Source: Eledone cirrhosa (Eukaryota). From it: a stretch of DNA of 64,000 bases. Each line of letters opens with the position of its first letter. Within the stretch, counting starts at the first letter, position 1. This document shows, one piece after another, positions 43,161 to 56,254 of the stretch. A model generated the notes under the pieces. It did not search any database, had not been told where the DNA came from, and was given only the letters and a program-made list of their open reading frames with translations. A program made the position numbers and the translations under genes. The stretch lies in assembly GCA_964016885.1 (NCBI GenBank), contig OZ024753.1, forward strand, positions 40,672,001 to 40,736,000. The letters run 5' to 3'.

Positions 43161-43579
43161 TCAAAGAATTCTTTTATTCATTTACATTTTCTAAAGAAGT
43201 AGCGAACATATCTATAGTGTCGCTTCTATGTTATGCTAACGTACGAACCGTAATTCGCCCCAACGCACAAAAATCTATAAGAAATACAACTCTGCCCTCC
43301 AGCATAGAATAGAATTTTCGTTAACACCCTGGTTGGTCTGCTTCTTCTAAGGTACGTGACAAGCAAGTGTTATTGCAATGATTATTGTGGGTTCTCTCCG
43401 ATAAATAATCGTGCGATTACAAATACCATGGCACAATCAATTTCCCCAACATCACTACCGCCATTTTTATCATAGTTTTATTGTTATTAAAGTTTTAAGA
43501 TAAAATTTTGAAGCGATCTAGTCTGCATAACTCTGTACGTTTCTTTCTATCTATATATCTATCTATCTATCTATCTATT

Positions 43580-44008
43580 GCCTCCTCCTTAGTGAGGACG
43601 CCTTGTTATGTAAACTCCCCCCCATTATACTTGTCCCACTCTTTGATGCCCTGGTGGCAAATAAAAAGAAAGTTATCTATCTATCTATCTAAACAAGTTT
43701 TATGAAAGGTGGGTGAAAGTGGCGAAAATGGCCCGAGTGAATGGGCCTTCTCTCTATATCAGCCTGTAGGTTGAGGAAAAGGAGGAGGAGAGGAAAGGAG
43801 TACAAACTCTTCGTACTCCTGGAGATGAGGGTTTCAGATTTTTTCGGGGGTATGTGTTACCCATATGAACTGTCTCCCCCTATTGGGGAAAATCGACTAA
43901 TTTTTTTAATTGCATTTGTGATAACATTTTACGCGTTTTTATTGTATGTAAACTTCCCCCTTTGTATTTGTCCCCTTCTTTTGTGCCCCTGTGGCTAATA
44001 AAGAAACA
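43580..44008 (+). mobile_element. Two tandem L1/Tx1-like 3' ends separated and flanked by (TCTA)n
   Basis: Both end in TGTAAACT-CCCC...TTGTCCC...GCCCYKGTGGCWAATAAA. The second carries an ORF end NKFYERWVKVAKMARVNGPSLYISL* (43692-43769) with an F-x-x-R-W terminus. Confidence 0.65.
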
Positions 44009-44094
44009 TATCTATCTATCTATCTAAACGGCGGGAATCTAGCTGAACTTATCTAGGGGTACAGTCCATATATGGGCATGCAGTTCTAATACTG

Positions 44095-44233
44095 CTAGCT
44101 TAGTTCGGATCTAGCTTTCGAAACGGTCGGATCTCAGCCGTCGGGGTCCTGACTCTTTTCCTATTACTACCGTAAGTATTGAGTACTCTGGTGCGTTATG
44201 GTCCACCTGGTATCTTACCACACTTTCTTTGTT
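44095..44233 (+). mobile_element. Family C-related element (hammerhead 3' half)
   Basis: TTC-GAAA-CGGT-cggatctca-GCCG-TC-GGGGTCC followed by the family C 3' end. Confidence 0.7.
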
Positions 44234-44314
44234 AGATAATAGATAGATAGATATCTTTATTGATATATAAATAAATAAATAAAGATATCTATCTATATAT
44301 CTATCTATCTATTT

Positions 44315-44387
<73 letters not shown>

Positions 44388-44393
44388 TATATA

Positions 44394-44440
<47 letters not shown>

Positions 44441-44956
44441 CTAAATATATATATATATATCAGAACCTAGAGCTATATATATATATATATATCAGAACCT
44501 AATATCAGCTTTTTCGTTTTACACGAAATCAGTTTCCATGGTAATATCCACAATTCTAACCAATAAAATGCCTCACTGACCGCAATATACAAGCTTGCTT
44601 AGAAGCCCTACTAGCGTTTCTTTAACTATGTCCCTTTATTTATATATTTGTGATTCAGTGGTTGTTTTGTTTAAATCTACGTTTTTGTTCTTTTCTCTAT
44701 TATATATTCACCACCCTTTTCTAATTCTAATTCACGTCCCTATATTCTTCTATCTTATTGTATCCAACCCTAACCTAATCTACACCTTCCTTGTCCTTAT
44801 TCAACATTTGCCCACAAACACGCCCAGACTCTGCCCTCATTTCTTTCGAATCTTTTCCCTCGTTGCCTTTCGCAGTGAAGAAAATGTGTCCAGGAAGTTA
44901 AAATATATAAGAAACTTTACATTCTTCTTTTCAGTATCTATATCCCATCTTTCTTT

Positions 44957-45190
44957 CTTTCTCCTTTGTATGATTATGTCCTTCTTTATTACTATCTTAC
45001 TTTCCTCATTCATTTTTCTTTCTCCTATCTCTCTCCATTCGCTCGTTCCTTCTCTCTATGTCCTTTTGTTCTTTCTCCTTTGTATGATTATGTCCTTCTT
45101 TATTACTATCTTACTCTCCTCATTCATTTTTCTTTCTCCTATCTCTCTCCATTCGCTCGTTCCTTCTCTCTATGTCCTTTTGTTCTTTCT
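44957..45190. repeat. 114-bp direct tandem duplication, pyrimidine-rich
   Basis: CTTTCTCCTTTGTATGATTATGTCC... repeated at a 114-bp offset. Confidence 0.9.
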
Positions 45191-45428
45191 CTGTATCAGT
45201 CTCTCACACACGCACTCCTCTGTCTCTCTCTGTCTCTCTCTCTCTTTTTCTCTCTCTCTCACACACACATATACACATATAAACACACACATATGGTTGT
45301 GCTTGTAAGCGTATGTTTGTGTGTGTGTCTGTGGAAATGTGTGTATCTTTGTGAGAGTGTGTGTGGTTTTTTTTTCTTATCTCTAATGCTGTTGCTACTC
45401 TCTCCGTGTCAGTATGTATGTCTGTATG

Positions 45429-45500
<72 letters not shown>

Positions 45501-46169
45501 CTCCTTACGTCTCTAATGCTGTTGTCACTCTCTCTCTATCCTGCCCATGCAAACATGATTTCACTCACTTATTCTCTCTCCTTCCCTCTCACTCGCACTC
45601 TCTATACCCCCACGCAATCTCCATCACTGCCCCCCTCTCTCTCTTTCTCTCTCTGTCTTTCATTCTTTGTCCATCCCTTTCTTTGTTTTGTTTTTTTTTT
45701 TAACTTTCGTTTCCTCCCTCACACGCTCCCTGTTATGCCATATCGTATTCACCACCATTATAACGGCGACAACTTGATGAAGCGTGCAGTGATTTGTGAG
45801 GCGGGGGGGGGGGGCTACTTACACCCAGCTGGACGAATTACATTCTCCAAATGAACGCGGCAGAGGTGATATGGAATGACCTGGACTATATCTACAACAA
45901 ACACAACAACAACAACGACGACGACAACGACGACAACAACAACAATATTCAAGTAACTAATCAAAAAAACAAATTAAAAATAATAAATTAATAGAAGAAA
46001 AGAGACCTTAGAGTAGCGAAGTAAGTTTTCCGGAGAAATCAGCTGCAGATTGTAAAGCAGAAAAAAAAGTTTAAAATAGTTGCAGCACTATGGTAGATTA
46101 TACAGGCTTTCTCAATAGCTGGGTACCAGGGTAACACATGTGAAGAAGACACGCTTTTAGTCTCTCCAG

Positions 46170-46760
46170 ACGGAATTAGCAGTATCGGTAGAGGGTCGGA
46201 CGCCATGCTTTCCAGCATAGTTACGTCCCTTTACGATCTGAGTTCAAATCCCGCCGAGGTTGACTTTGCCTTTCATCCTTACGGGGTCGATAAAATAAAG
46301 TACCAGTAATGCACTGAGTAATTGCTGGCCTTGTGCCTAACGTAGAAACAATTATTACTTTGAAGGTCGGTGGATTGGCAGTATCGGTAGAGGGTCGGAC
46401 GCCATGCTTTGACGCATAGAGTTACGGCCCTTGCCATTCTGTGTTCAAATCCCGCCGAGGTTAACTTTGCCTTTCATCCTTACGAGGTCGATAAAATAAA
46501 GTACCAGTAATATACTGGTTCATTGCTAGCCTTGTGCCTAACGTAGAAACAATTATTACTTTGAAGGTCGGTGGATTGGCAGTATCGGTAGAGGGTTGGA
46601 CGCCATGCTTTGACGCATAGAGTTACGGCTCTTGCCATTCTGTCTTCAAATCCCGTCGAGGTTAACTTTGCCTTTCATCCTTACGGGGTCGATAAAATAA
46701 AGTACCAGTAATATACTGGGTCATTGCTGGCCTTGTGCCTAAAGTAGAAACAATTATTAC
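46170..46760 (+). mobile_element. Three tandem tRNA-SINE copies
   Basis: Units joined by an identical linker TTACTTTGAAGGTC; period about 202 bp. Confidence 0.92.
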
Positions 46761-47220
46761 TTTGAGAAAATTTACAAAGACATCGAGGTTAACCATGGGA
46801 AAAAAAAGACTTTATCGTTGTTGATGTCGATATTGCTGTTCTGTATGTAGTTGTTTACTGCCGAGATCAATGATGATCGGATTTTTATTTATTTAGGTAT
46901 TTATTGATTTTTTGTTAATTTGGTACCAGGTATAATATTCCGCTATATATCTTTCTATATCAAACCTGACAGAGTGAGATTTCAGGTGAAATTTGGTTCC
47001 TATTTCTAGCAGAAAAATAAGCCTCTTCATGTTTCTCATTATTCTTACTCCTGTTGTTTGTTGCTATGATACACGTTGTTCATTAAATATTGAACATGTG
47101 TGATCTCTTTCATATATTTATTTAACTAGAGCCTTTATTTATTCATCTATATAGTAAGTTATTTTCACACACACACACATGCATACACACACATGCACAC
47201 CAAAAACACACCCATATATA

Positions 47221-47275
<55 letters not shown>

Positions 47276-48148
47276 ATAATCGTTCATTGATTTTGTATAA
47301 TTTGTTTGCTATGGTGGTTATTCCTCAGCGAACGCTATCTGCAACCTGGCTTGGATTACTAATTGGAACGGTTTCAATTCACTTACCGTAGCTAATGAGT
47401 TTTAGATAAGGCATAGGAAGGCATCGGGGTCACAAATCTTATTTCCCTAAAGTCCTAAAACGCCGAAACGTTGTCATTACATGAGAATACAACTTGAAAT
47501 TCCAAACCACTATATTCTCAAGAAGATAAAAATAATTAAACCAGCACAGGGTCTTATACATTAATATTTTCCACCTAAAAATAGCAGCCAAATTTTCTAA
47601 AATTATAATCCAACGTCTTTTGAAAATGAATAGTAGAACACACCAGCTAATATAATATTGCATATATCATCTCTGAAACAATAAGATGAGCAGAGTTCGG
47701 TGGTATTTTCATAATAGATCTTTTCGCTCAAAATGATGATTGAAAATGCCACGAAAATGCAATACAATTGTGCAGTATAAGCTACCATTGAACGTTAAAA
47801 AGCGAGAAAAGAAAGAGTGACGTACACAGGGATGGCCATTGACGAAGGGAAGGAAGATAAGAGAACTTTAAATGTTCAGGAATGTAATTAGATATCTTAT
47901 GATATTTTTTCTGATTTTGTACCGAGTTTTCGAAAAAGTCCTACCTCACAAAAGTTTCGTATTAAAAAATATGTTGATCAGAAGAAAATAGCGACAACAA
48001 TAACAAAAATAATATCAAAGTATAGTGTCGGTAACAACAGAAGCATCTATAAAAAGTCTTTCAGTCGGAGGTTCTACCGATCCTGCAAATCTACTGTCCT
48101 CAATCAATCAATCAATCAATAGATCGATTCATAATAACAATAATAATA

Positions 48149-48746
48149 ATAATTGTTTCTACTTTAGGCACAAGGCCAGCAAATATCCAATGCATTACTG
48201 GTACTTTATGTTATCGACCCCGTAAGGATGAAAGGCAGAGTTAACTTCGGCGAGATTTGAACTCAGAACGGCAAGGGCCGTAACTCTATGCGTGAAAGCA
48301 TGGCACCCGACCCTCTACCGATACTTCCAATCCAGTCAACCTCGGCGGGATTTGAACTCAGATCGTAAAGGGACGTAACTATGCTGGAAAGCATAATAAT
48401 AATAATTATTATATATATATATATATATTAAAATAACAGATTAAAGTTTAAGCAAAGAATTGCTGCTTTCACCCTTAACGGGATCTTCCATTTGATATAT
48501 ATTTATCCTTATGGAGCCCTCTTTGGATTTTGGTCTTCACATTTGTTATTATTACTATGTGGATTGGCAGTATCGGTAGAGGGTCAGACGCCATGCTTTG
48601 ACGCATAGAGTTACGGCCCTTTCCATTCTGAGTTCAAATGCCGCCGAGGTTAACTTTGCCTTTCATCCTTACGGGGTCGATAAAATAAAGTACCAGTAAT
48701 GCACTGGGTAATTGCTGACCTTGTGCCAAATGTAGAAACAATTATT
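48149..48746. mobile_element. SINE (-) 48149-48335, partial SINE (-) 48336-48392, family B inverted fragments 48428-48557, SINE (+) 48558-48746
   Basis: Matches to the in-window consensus sequences. Confidence 0.85.
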
Positions 48747-48748
48747 AC

Positions 48749-48844
<96 letters not shown>

Positions 48845-48869
48845 AAGAGATAGAGATAGAGATGATTAC

Positions 48870-48928
<59 letters not shown>

Positions 48929-49401
48929 AGACAAGTTATTCCATTATGGTGAACTTTGTTTGCAAGATAACAAAAATATACAATAAATATTAAGTGGTGA
49001 TCAAACGATATTCTTGGCAAGATATAATAACGAAGACACACTAGATGTCAAACCACAAAGGGTTTACTGAACCACAAGAGTAATCAGGTCTTGCTCTGCC
49101 TCACACAAACCTTTTCTCCCAACTCCAAACAGTTCTCTTTAATATTGTTAAACGACATTCTTCTTTACAATGATGATATAATGTTTTAATGTTTATTTGT
49201 GTATGTTGTTTGTGCTGTTATTTTTTCTATTATTATTTTTTTTATGTTTTATATTTCTTCTATGATTCATCAGATTATAATTTTATGCATGTCAGTATTA
49301 TTTTGTATGTGTATGTCTGTTTCTGTGTGCGTATGTTTATGTATGTATATATATATATATACATACAGAAAGTAGCGATTCTTTGCTTAAACTTTAATCC
49401 G

Positions 49402-49442
<41 letters not shown>

Positions 49443-50168
49443 ATAGTTTAGACTAGTTGCTAACACAATATATATAAGGCAAGGAATAATTCAAAACTAA
49501 ATGTGATTTTATAGTCCATAGCAAGATAGGTAAAAACAGTTCACAGTTTACCAATCGGTAAATTTTCAATCACAATAGTTTTAATATACGACACAGCATA
49601 TATAAAAAGAATAAAAATAACCAGGATTAAATTACATTAAACTGTTTAACGTTTTATTAACGTTTCTGCCAAGACAGTACGAACATTCATTTATGTCCCT
49701 CTGTACTGATTTATATCAGTATATTGGGTATGAAAGTGATATACTCGTTTCTCCCAGTACGTGATTGGCAAGTTTAAAATGGCGGTATTTGAGCTTGTAC
49801 ATAAAGATCCAGGACAAAATGAAAAGGCAATTTCATCAAAGCTCTACCGATACATCTGAACCAAATAATATCCTATTAGCCACAAGAATGCAAACCTTTT
49901 AAAACAGTAAAGGAACGAAATACAAAAACAATGGATGATCTATATTGAGGAAGTTATAAAATTAAGATAAAAGAATAATATACAATATTGAAGGAGTAAA
50001 AATAAGTAAAAAGCGTAATAACAAAATAAAAATATCAAGAAAAATAATGCCCCAAATTCTGAGAAACAGACTCTGTTGCCAGAATGTTGACGGATGTTAG
50101 AATGACAAATAACAGAACGGTGAATAATTATAGAAGTTAATAGAAATCTAAGTGCAGTGAAATATTAG

Positions 50169-50273
50169 TTGAGCAGATATATTAAGCCGCTCCCAGGCAA
50201 ACCATATGCCAGGCATTTGCAGAAGATGGCTCTCTTGGGAGCTGTTAACATTCTGAGACAGTTCATCATGTGA
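50169..50273 (+). mobile_element. C-terminal remnant of an R4/NeSL-like (RLE) non-LTR retrotransposon
   Basis: Translates LSRYIKPLPGKPYARHLQKMALLGAVNILRQFIM*, matching the QK-x-ALLG-x-x-x-ILR terminal motif. Confidence 0.6.
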
Positions 50274-50787
50274 AGTAATGAGAATGTATTTTATCGAGGT
50301 GGGTTCTGATTACTTCGTCTTCACTGACGTATTACCGTTAAGGTTTTACAACGACAGTAGCATTAGAAAGTAAAATTATTAAAATTGATACTTATTTTAT
50401 CGACCTAAGTATGATAAATAGGTATTGTGAGGAATGGTTAGAAGGATTTTGGTTGTAGTGGAGATGATGCTCAAACCAGCAATAGACGGAATTGGTTATA
50501 ATGGTGTTAGAGACGATATTTAAACTAGGAATGAAGGGCTTGGGGATAACGTTGGTCTAAATGATGCAAAATGTATTAAGGATGGGTGTTTGATATAGAT
50601 AGACAGACAATGTCCATATGTTGAGTAGTTTTATCAAACTAGGCTCACATGACTGCTGCTGTTTCGGGGATCAATCTCCGGTTGATTTCAGCCTGGTTTT
50701 GTTGCCAGTTTGGTCTCAACATCAATTATTCCAAATGCGCCTTTTCCTCAAATAAAATTTATTCAAAGATATACGAAAACTATTAAC

Positions 50788-50845
<58 letters not shown>

Positions 50846-51382
50846 CTGCGATTCTGTGTTTCTCTCTTTCTCTCTTACTGCTCCCTCGTTCTCTCTGTTT
50901 CTCTTACTTTCTTTCGTCCCCTCTGTCATGTCAGTTAACACTTTCTCTCTACTGACCTCTTCCTCGCACTTCCACTCACTCACTCTCTGTTTCTCCCCTT
51001 CTCACCTCTTCCCGTTCGCTACGAAAACGATTTTCCGTCTTTCTAACATCGGATTCACTAGCGGAAGGTCTGTTTCTAACTCGCTCATATATTCACACAG
51101 CTTATGCTGATAGAATAACCATGTTGCTTGTGTTTCTTTCCATCTTCGGTTAGCTTTCCCCTGTGTTGTTTACTTGTCTCACTCGCTTTACGCGTTTCAA
51201 TTGTCCTAACAACTTATTTTAGTTATTATCGCACCAACGTGAGGTATATGATTTTTAATGCGATGAAATACCAATGATCGTTGGCTTGGCAAATCACTGA
51301 TGAGGGACTCATTTTATAACATGTATCCATGTGCAACCATGCAGTATATTCTTCTCCCCATATTTTTCATATATATATATAT

Positions 51383-51444
<62 letters not shown>

Positions 51445-51447
<3 letters not shown>

Positions 51448-51671
51448 CGTTAGAACATCTGACTGATAAAATGACAAGTCAGTCAATCATATTGGTGGCC
51501 TCCCCACATCCCCGGCGGACAGAATGGAGAAGGCGTTTCCCCGGAGGACGGCAAAGGAGACGCGCTGGAAAAGCCATTCCAGCCCGTGAGGCTCACACCT
51601 GCGGCTGGTCAGCTCAACGCCTCGCCATAGGCGCTGAGTTAGCCAGCTGCAGGTTTCAGCCTCGCGAGCTC
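51445..51671 (-). mobile_element. 3' end of a CRE-clade-like non-LTR retrotransposon running into (TC)n
   Basis: GC-rich island translating ...LTSRRCEPHGLEWLFQRVSFAVLRGNAFSILSAG...* (stop at 51487-51489); LFQR-x-S-x-A-x-x-RGNA motif; ~40-bp 3' UTR. Confidence 0.7.
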
Positions 51672-51939
51672 AAATAAAATGTCTTACGTCATTGTAATAT
51701 GATATATTCTTGACACCAAATGGTATCGCCAAATATGTGGCAGCTGTGGTTGAGTAAGTCCTACATCAGAATTCGTCTGGAGCATCATTTATTGACCTTG
51801 AATATATGAAAAGTAAATGAGATTTGAACTCAGATCACAAAATCTTGGATCAGATATCAACATGCATTCTGACCTTCGATCTCTCCACAATCAGTGGCTG
51901 AGTGGTTAACACTGCTGCTGCTGCTGCTGCTACTACTAG

Positions 51940-51984
<45 letters not shown>

Positions 51985-52496
51985 CACTACTACTACTACT
52001 ACAACTAGCAGATGGGTTCCATGGAAAAACCGATAACTTCCTCGATTGTTTGTCATGTGTCTGGAGTAAGTTTGAATAGTTCCACCATTTTGTTTTTCAT
52101 TATATTTATTGCTTTTTTTTTTTTTCTTGGTGAGAGGGGAGAGGGTCAATTTTTTTTATTTTTTATTTTGTTGTTTTTGTTGTTGTCCCCCCCCCCCCCC
52201 TCTGCTGCGCCATCTTTTCTTTTGTAATGTAGGAATGAAATATAAGAAGAAATTTGAAAATATAGTTCCATTAGAAATAGAAGATACAAAAGATAGTAAA
52301 ATGAATCAGTATGACGATTATTTGTTAATACAGACACGTCGCCTTTTACCAAATTCACATTCTTTCTCATTCTCGTCTTTTCAGCTTCGTTGCCTACATT
52401 CATTCAAAAAAGCACGCTTACACAACGACTCTATCAAATACACTTACGTACACACACATATGTGTGTATATGCGTATGCATACATACACACGCACT

Positions 52497-52552
<56 letters not shown>

Positions 52553-52654
52553 TATATGAATTTATTTTGCAAGGTTTTGATATGAAATCGTGTGTCGAAA
52601 CAAATATTGATATACTTGGGGAGGGTCATATTGTTGTAATAATATTGCCAGAAA

Positions 52655-52848
52655 TAATTGTTTCTACTTTAGGCACAAGGCCAAACAATTACCCAGTGCA
52701 TTGCATTACTGGTACTTTATTTTATCGATCCCGTAAGGATGAAAGGCAAAGTCAACCTCGGCGGGATTTGAACTCAGATTGGAAAGGGACGTAATTATGC
52801 TGGAAAGCATGGCGTCCGACCCTCTACTGATACTGCCAACCCACCGTC
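52655..52848 (-). mobile_element. tRNA-derived SINE with 18-bp target-site duplication
   Basis: AATATTGCCAGAAATAAT at 52641-52658 and 52849-52866. Confidence 0.92.
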
Positions 52849-53003
52849 AATATTGCCAGAAATAATAACAGAACACACTCACTGTTTGCTTGGTTTTCGC
52901 TTCTGCATCTTTTATATCTTCATAGTTAATTTATTTGACAATCAATGTTTATCATTGATTGACCAACGGTTAAAAATACAGATATAAATATATATATATA
53001 GTC

Positions 53004-53047
53004 TATCAAAGTTCTTTCGTTACACATCTGCAACATCATCAGTGGTA
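53004..53047 (-). ncRNA. Hammerhead motif related to family E
   Basis: Reverse complement: TACCA-CTGATGA-t-GTTGCA-gatg-TGTAAC-GAAA-GAAC-TT-TGATA; adjacent to (TA)n. Confidence 0.7.
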
Positions 53048-53274
53048 CTATTATTATGTTCCCTCCTACATTTGATTAAGTCTAAATAGTGAGTTCTGTT
53101 ACTCTGGATTTTCGCCTGCTTCTGAGTAACAAGGAGGTAATAAAGAAAGAAAGGGAAAGAAAGAAACAAAGAAAGAACAGTAAAAAGAAATGATGAAAGA
53201 AAAAAAATGAAAGAAAGAAAAGAAGAAAGAAAGATAGAAAGGAAAAAGTGCTGTTAAATCAGAAATAAATTACG

Positions 53275-53735
53275 AATGAACGAAAGAAAGAAAGAAAGAA
53301 ATTGCGAAGGAAAGAGAGAATGAATGAAAGAAAGAAAGAAATTGCGAAGGAAAGAGAGAATGAATGAAAGAAAGAAAGAAATTGCGAAGGAAAGAGAGAA
53401 TGAATGAAAGAAAGAAAGAAATTGCGAAGGAAAGAGAGAATTAATGAAAGAAAGAAAGAAATTGCGAAGGAAAGAGAGAATGAATGAAAGAAAGAAAGAA
53501 ATTGCGAAGGAAAGAGAGAATGAATGAAAGAAAAAAAGAAATTGCGAAGGAAAGAGAGAATGAATGAAAGAAAGAAAGAAATTGCGAAGGAAAGATAGAA
53601 TGAATGAAAGAAAGAAAGAAATTGCGAAGGAAAGAATGAATGAAAGAAAGAAAGAAAGAAATTGCGAAGGAAAGAAAGAATGAATGAAAGAAAGAAAGAA
53701 ATTGCGAAGGAAAGAATGAATGAAAGAAAGAAAAA
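53275..53735. repeat. 40-bp purine-rich minisatellite, about 11 units
   Basis: ATTGCGAAGG recurs every 40 bp from 53301 to 53701. Confidence 0.95.
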
Positions 53736-54264
53736 GTGAAGTTGAATCAGATGGAAATTGTGAAAGACAGAAAGATGTAAGGCCAGTAATGAAGGAAGAA
53801 ATTAAGTTGAAAGAAATTGTGAAATAAATAAATAAATAAATAAAGAGTGAGAGACAGAAAGGAAGAAAGTTAAGTGAAGTTAAGTGAGAAAGAAAATGAG
53901 AAAAGACTAAAGTGAGGCCGTGGATAGTATGATTGGATTGTGTTATAGAGTAGAGTACATATTAGGTTAATGGGACAATAGAAAAACGTTGTCAAAAACT
54001 ACATGACAGACGTTGGGTGATCGCTGGACAGACATCTGGCTCTTGTGATTTAGGGAAGAAAGGTTGGCAAGTATATAAATGAAGTAAATTGAATAAATAA
54101 AAGAGAATGGAATGAATGGCAGATAGAGAGAAGAGAGAGGTGAGAAAGAGAGAGGAAGAGAGAGGTGAGAAAGAGAGAGAAAGAGAGAGGGAGATAGAGA
54201 GAGAGAGAGCTGTGTATATATATATGTAAATGTACATGTATATATGTATATATATATTTATATG

Positions 54265-54321
<57 letters not shown>

Positions 54322-54401
54322 GTACATCTATGTATGTATATATATTTGTATGTATATACATATATATATATATGTATATATGTATGTATATAGATAGATA
54401 G

Positions 54402-54434
<33 letters not shown>

Positions 54435-54519
54435 TGCATATATGTATGTTTATATATACATATATATATATATACATATATATATATATCATATATATAT
54501 ATTTAAATATACATATATG

Positions 54520-54550
<31 letters not shown>

Positions 54551-54954
54551 GTGTGTATATAAGTATATATACATATATATAGATAGATAGATATATACAT
54601 ATTTATATATATATACTTATATATATATACTTATATATATATATATATACGGTATATATATATCATATATATATATATATATAAATATACATATATGTAT
54701 ATATATATATATATATATGTGTGTGTATACAGAAAATGAGAGAGACCGACTGAGAGATGGGTGCCCGTGTAAGAGTGTAGGGGGAGGGTTGTGTTTAAGG
54801 AGCAAAAGGTAAAACAAGTGAGAGAATAGGCGAGATAAAATTTGTGCAAGTGATAGAATGAAAACTAAAATCAAATAAGTGTATGTGAGTTTGTAATTGA
54901 GTAGTAAAGGAAAGGCTATATATATATATATATATATACATATATATATGTGTG

Positions 54955-54998
<44 letters not shown>

Positions 54999-55174
54999 TG
55001 TGGGAGAAGATAGTTGAATCAAGGAGAAAACAAGGAGTTAACAAACATGGAAGAGTTTAGCAAGGGAGGTAATTTGGACATCTGTGCTGTCCACATTCAT
55101 ACTTAGGAATCATAATGACATGGCAGTGTACGTGCATATGTTTAAGTGTCCAGGTGTATGCATGTCTTTATGTG

Positions 55175-55228
<54 letters not shown>

Positions 55229-55231
<3 letters not shown>

Positions 55232-55451
55232 ATAATAATAAATGCGAAGACTAAAATCCAAAGAGGGCTCGATAAGGAAAAATATATATCAAATATATAA
55301 GAAACCTAGAGCACATATTTATCAAAATAACAGATTAAAGTTTAAACAAAGAATCGCTGCTTTCACCCTTAACGGGATCTTCTGGTGATCAGAAGATCCC
55401 GTTAAGGGTGAAAGCAGCGATTCTTTGCTTAATCTTTAATCTGTTATTTTA

Positions 55452-55457
<6 letters not shown>
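55229..55457. mobile_element. Family B element forming a near-perfect ~68-bp-arm palindrome with two CAGAAGA hammerhead-like cores
   Basis: 55317-55384 is the reverse complement of 55390-55457 with spacer GTGAT; both arms start exactly at CAGAAGA. Confidence 0.85.
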
Positions 55458-55497
<40 letters not shown>

Positions 55498-55506
55498 GTG
55501 TATATA

Positions 55507-55543
<37 letters not shown>

Positions 55544-55574
55544 ATATATATATATATATTTATATATATATGTG

Positions 55575-55733
<159 letters not shown>

Positions 55734-55751
55734 GTGTATATATATATATAT

Positions 55752-55887
55752 ACGTTATTCCGGGTTGAATCGGAGGTGACCACAGTAAGTAAGGTACTCA
55801 ATACATTGCAGAGTATAAAAGTTTTAATATAGATGAGATTCTACGGGACTAGAACTGTTTCATTCTTTAGAAATCATCAGGAATCTG
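55752..55887 (-). mobile_element. Family A element with hammerhead at 55836-55886
   Basis: Reverse complement: AGATTC-CTGATGA-TTTCTAAAGAAT-GAAA-CAG-ttctagtc-CCG-TA-GAATCT. Confidence 0.85.
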
Positions 55888-55915
55888 GGTATATATATAT
55901 ATATATATGTGTGTA

Positions 55916-56066
<151 letters not shown>

Positions 56067-56107
56067 ATACTTGGGGAAGGTCATATTTGCGCTATATATC
56101 ATCGCCG

Positions 56108-56254
<147 letters not shown>

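Noticed and set aside
50645-50735. Minus-strand GAAACAGCAGCAGTC with upstream hairpins
   Set aside because: No CUGANGA in register and no stem I; too degenerate to call.
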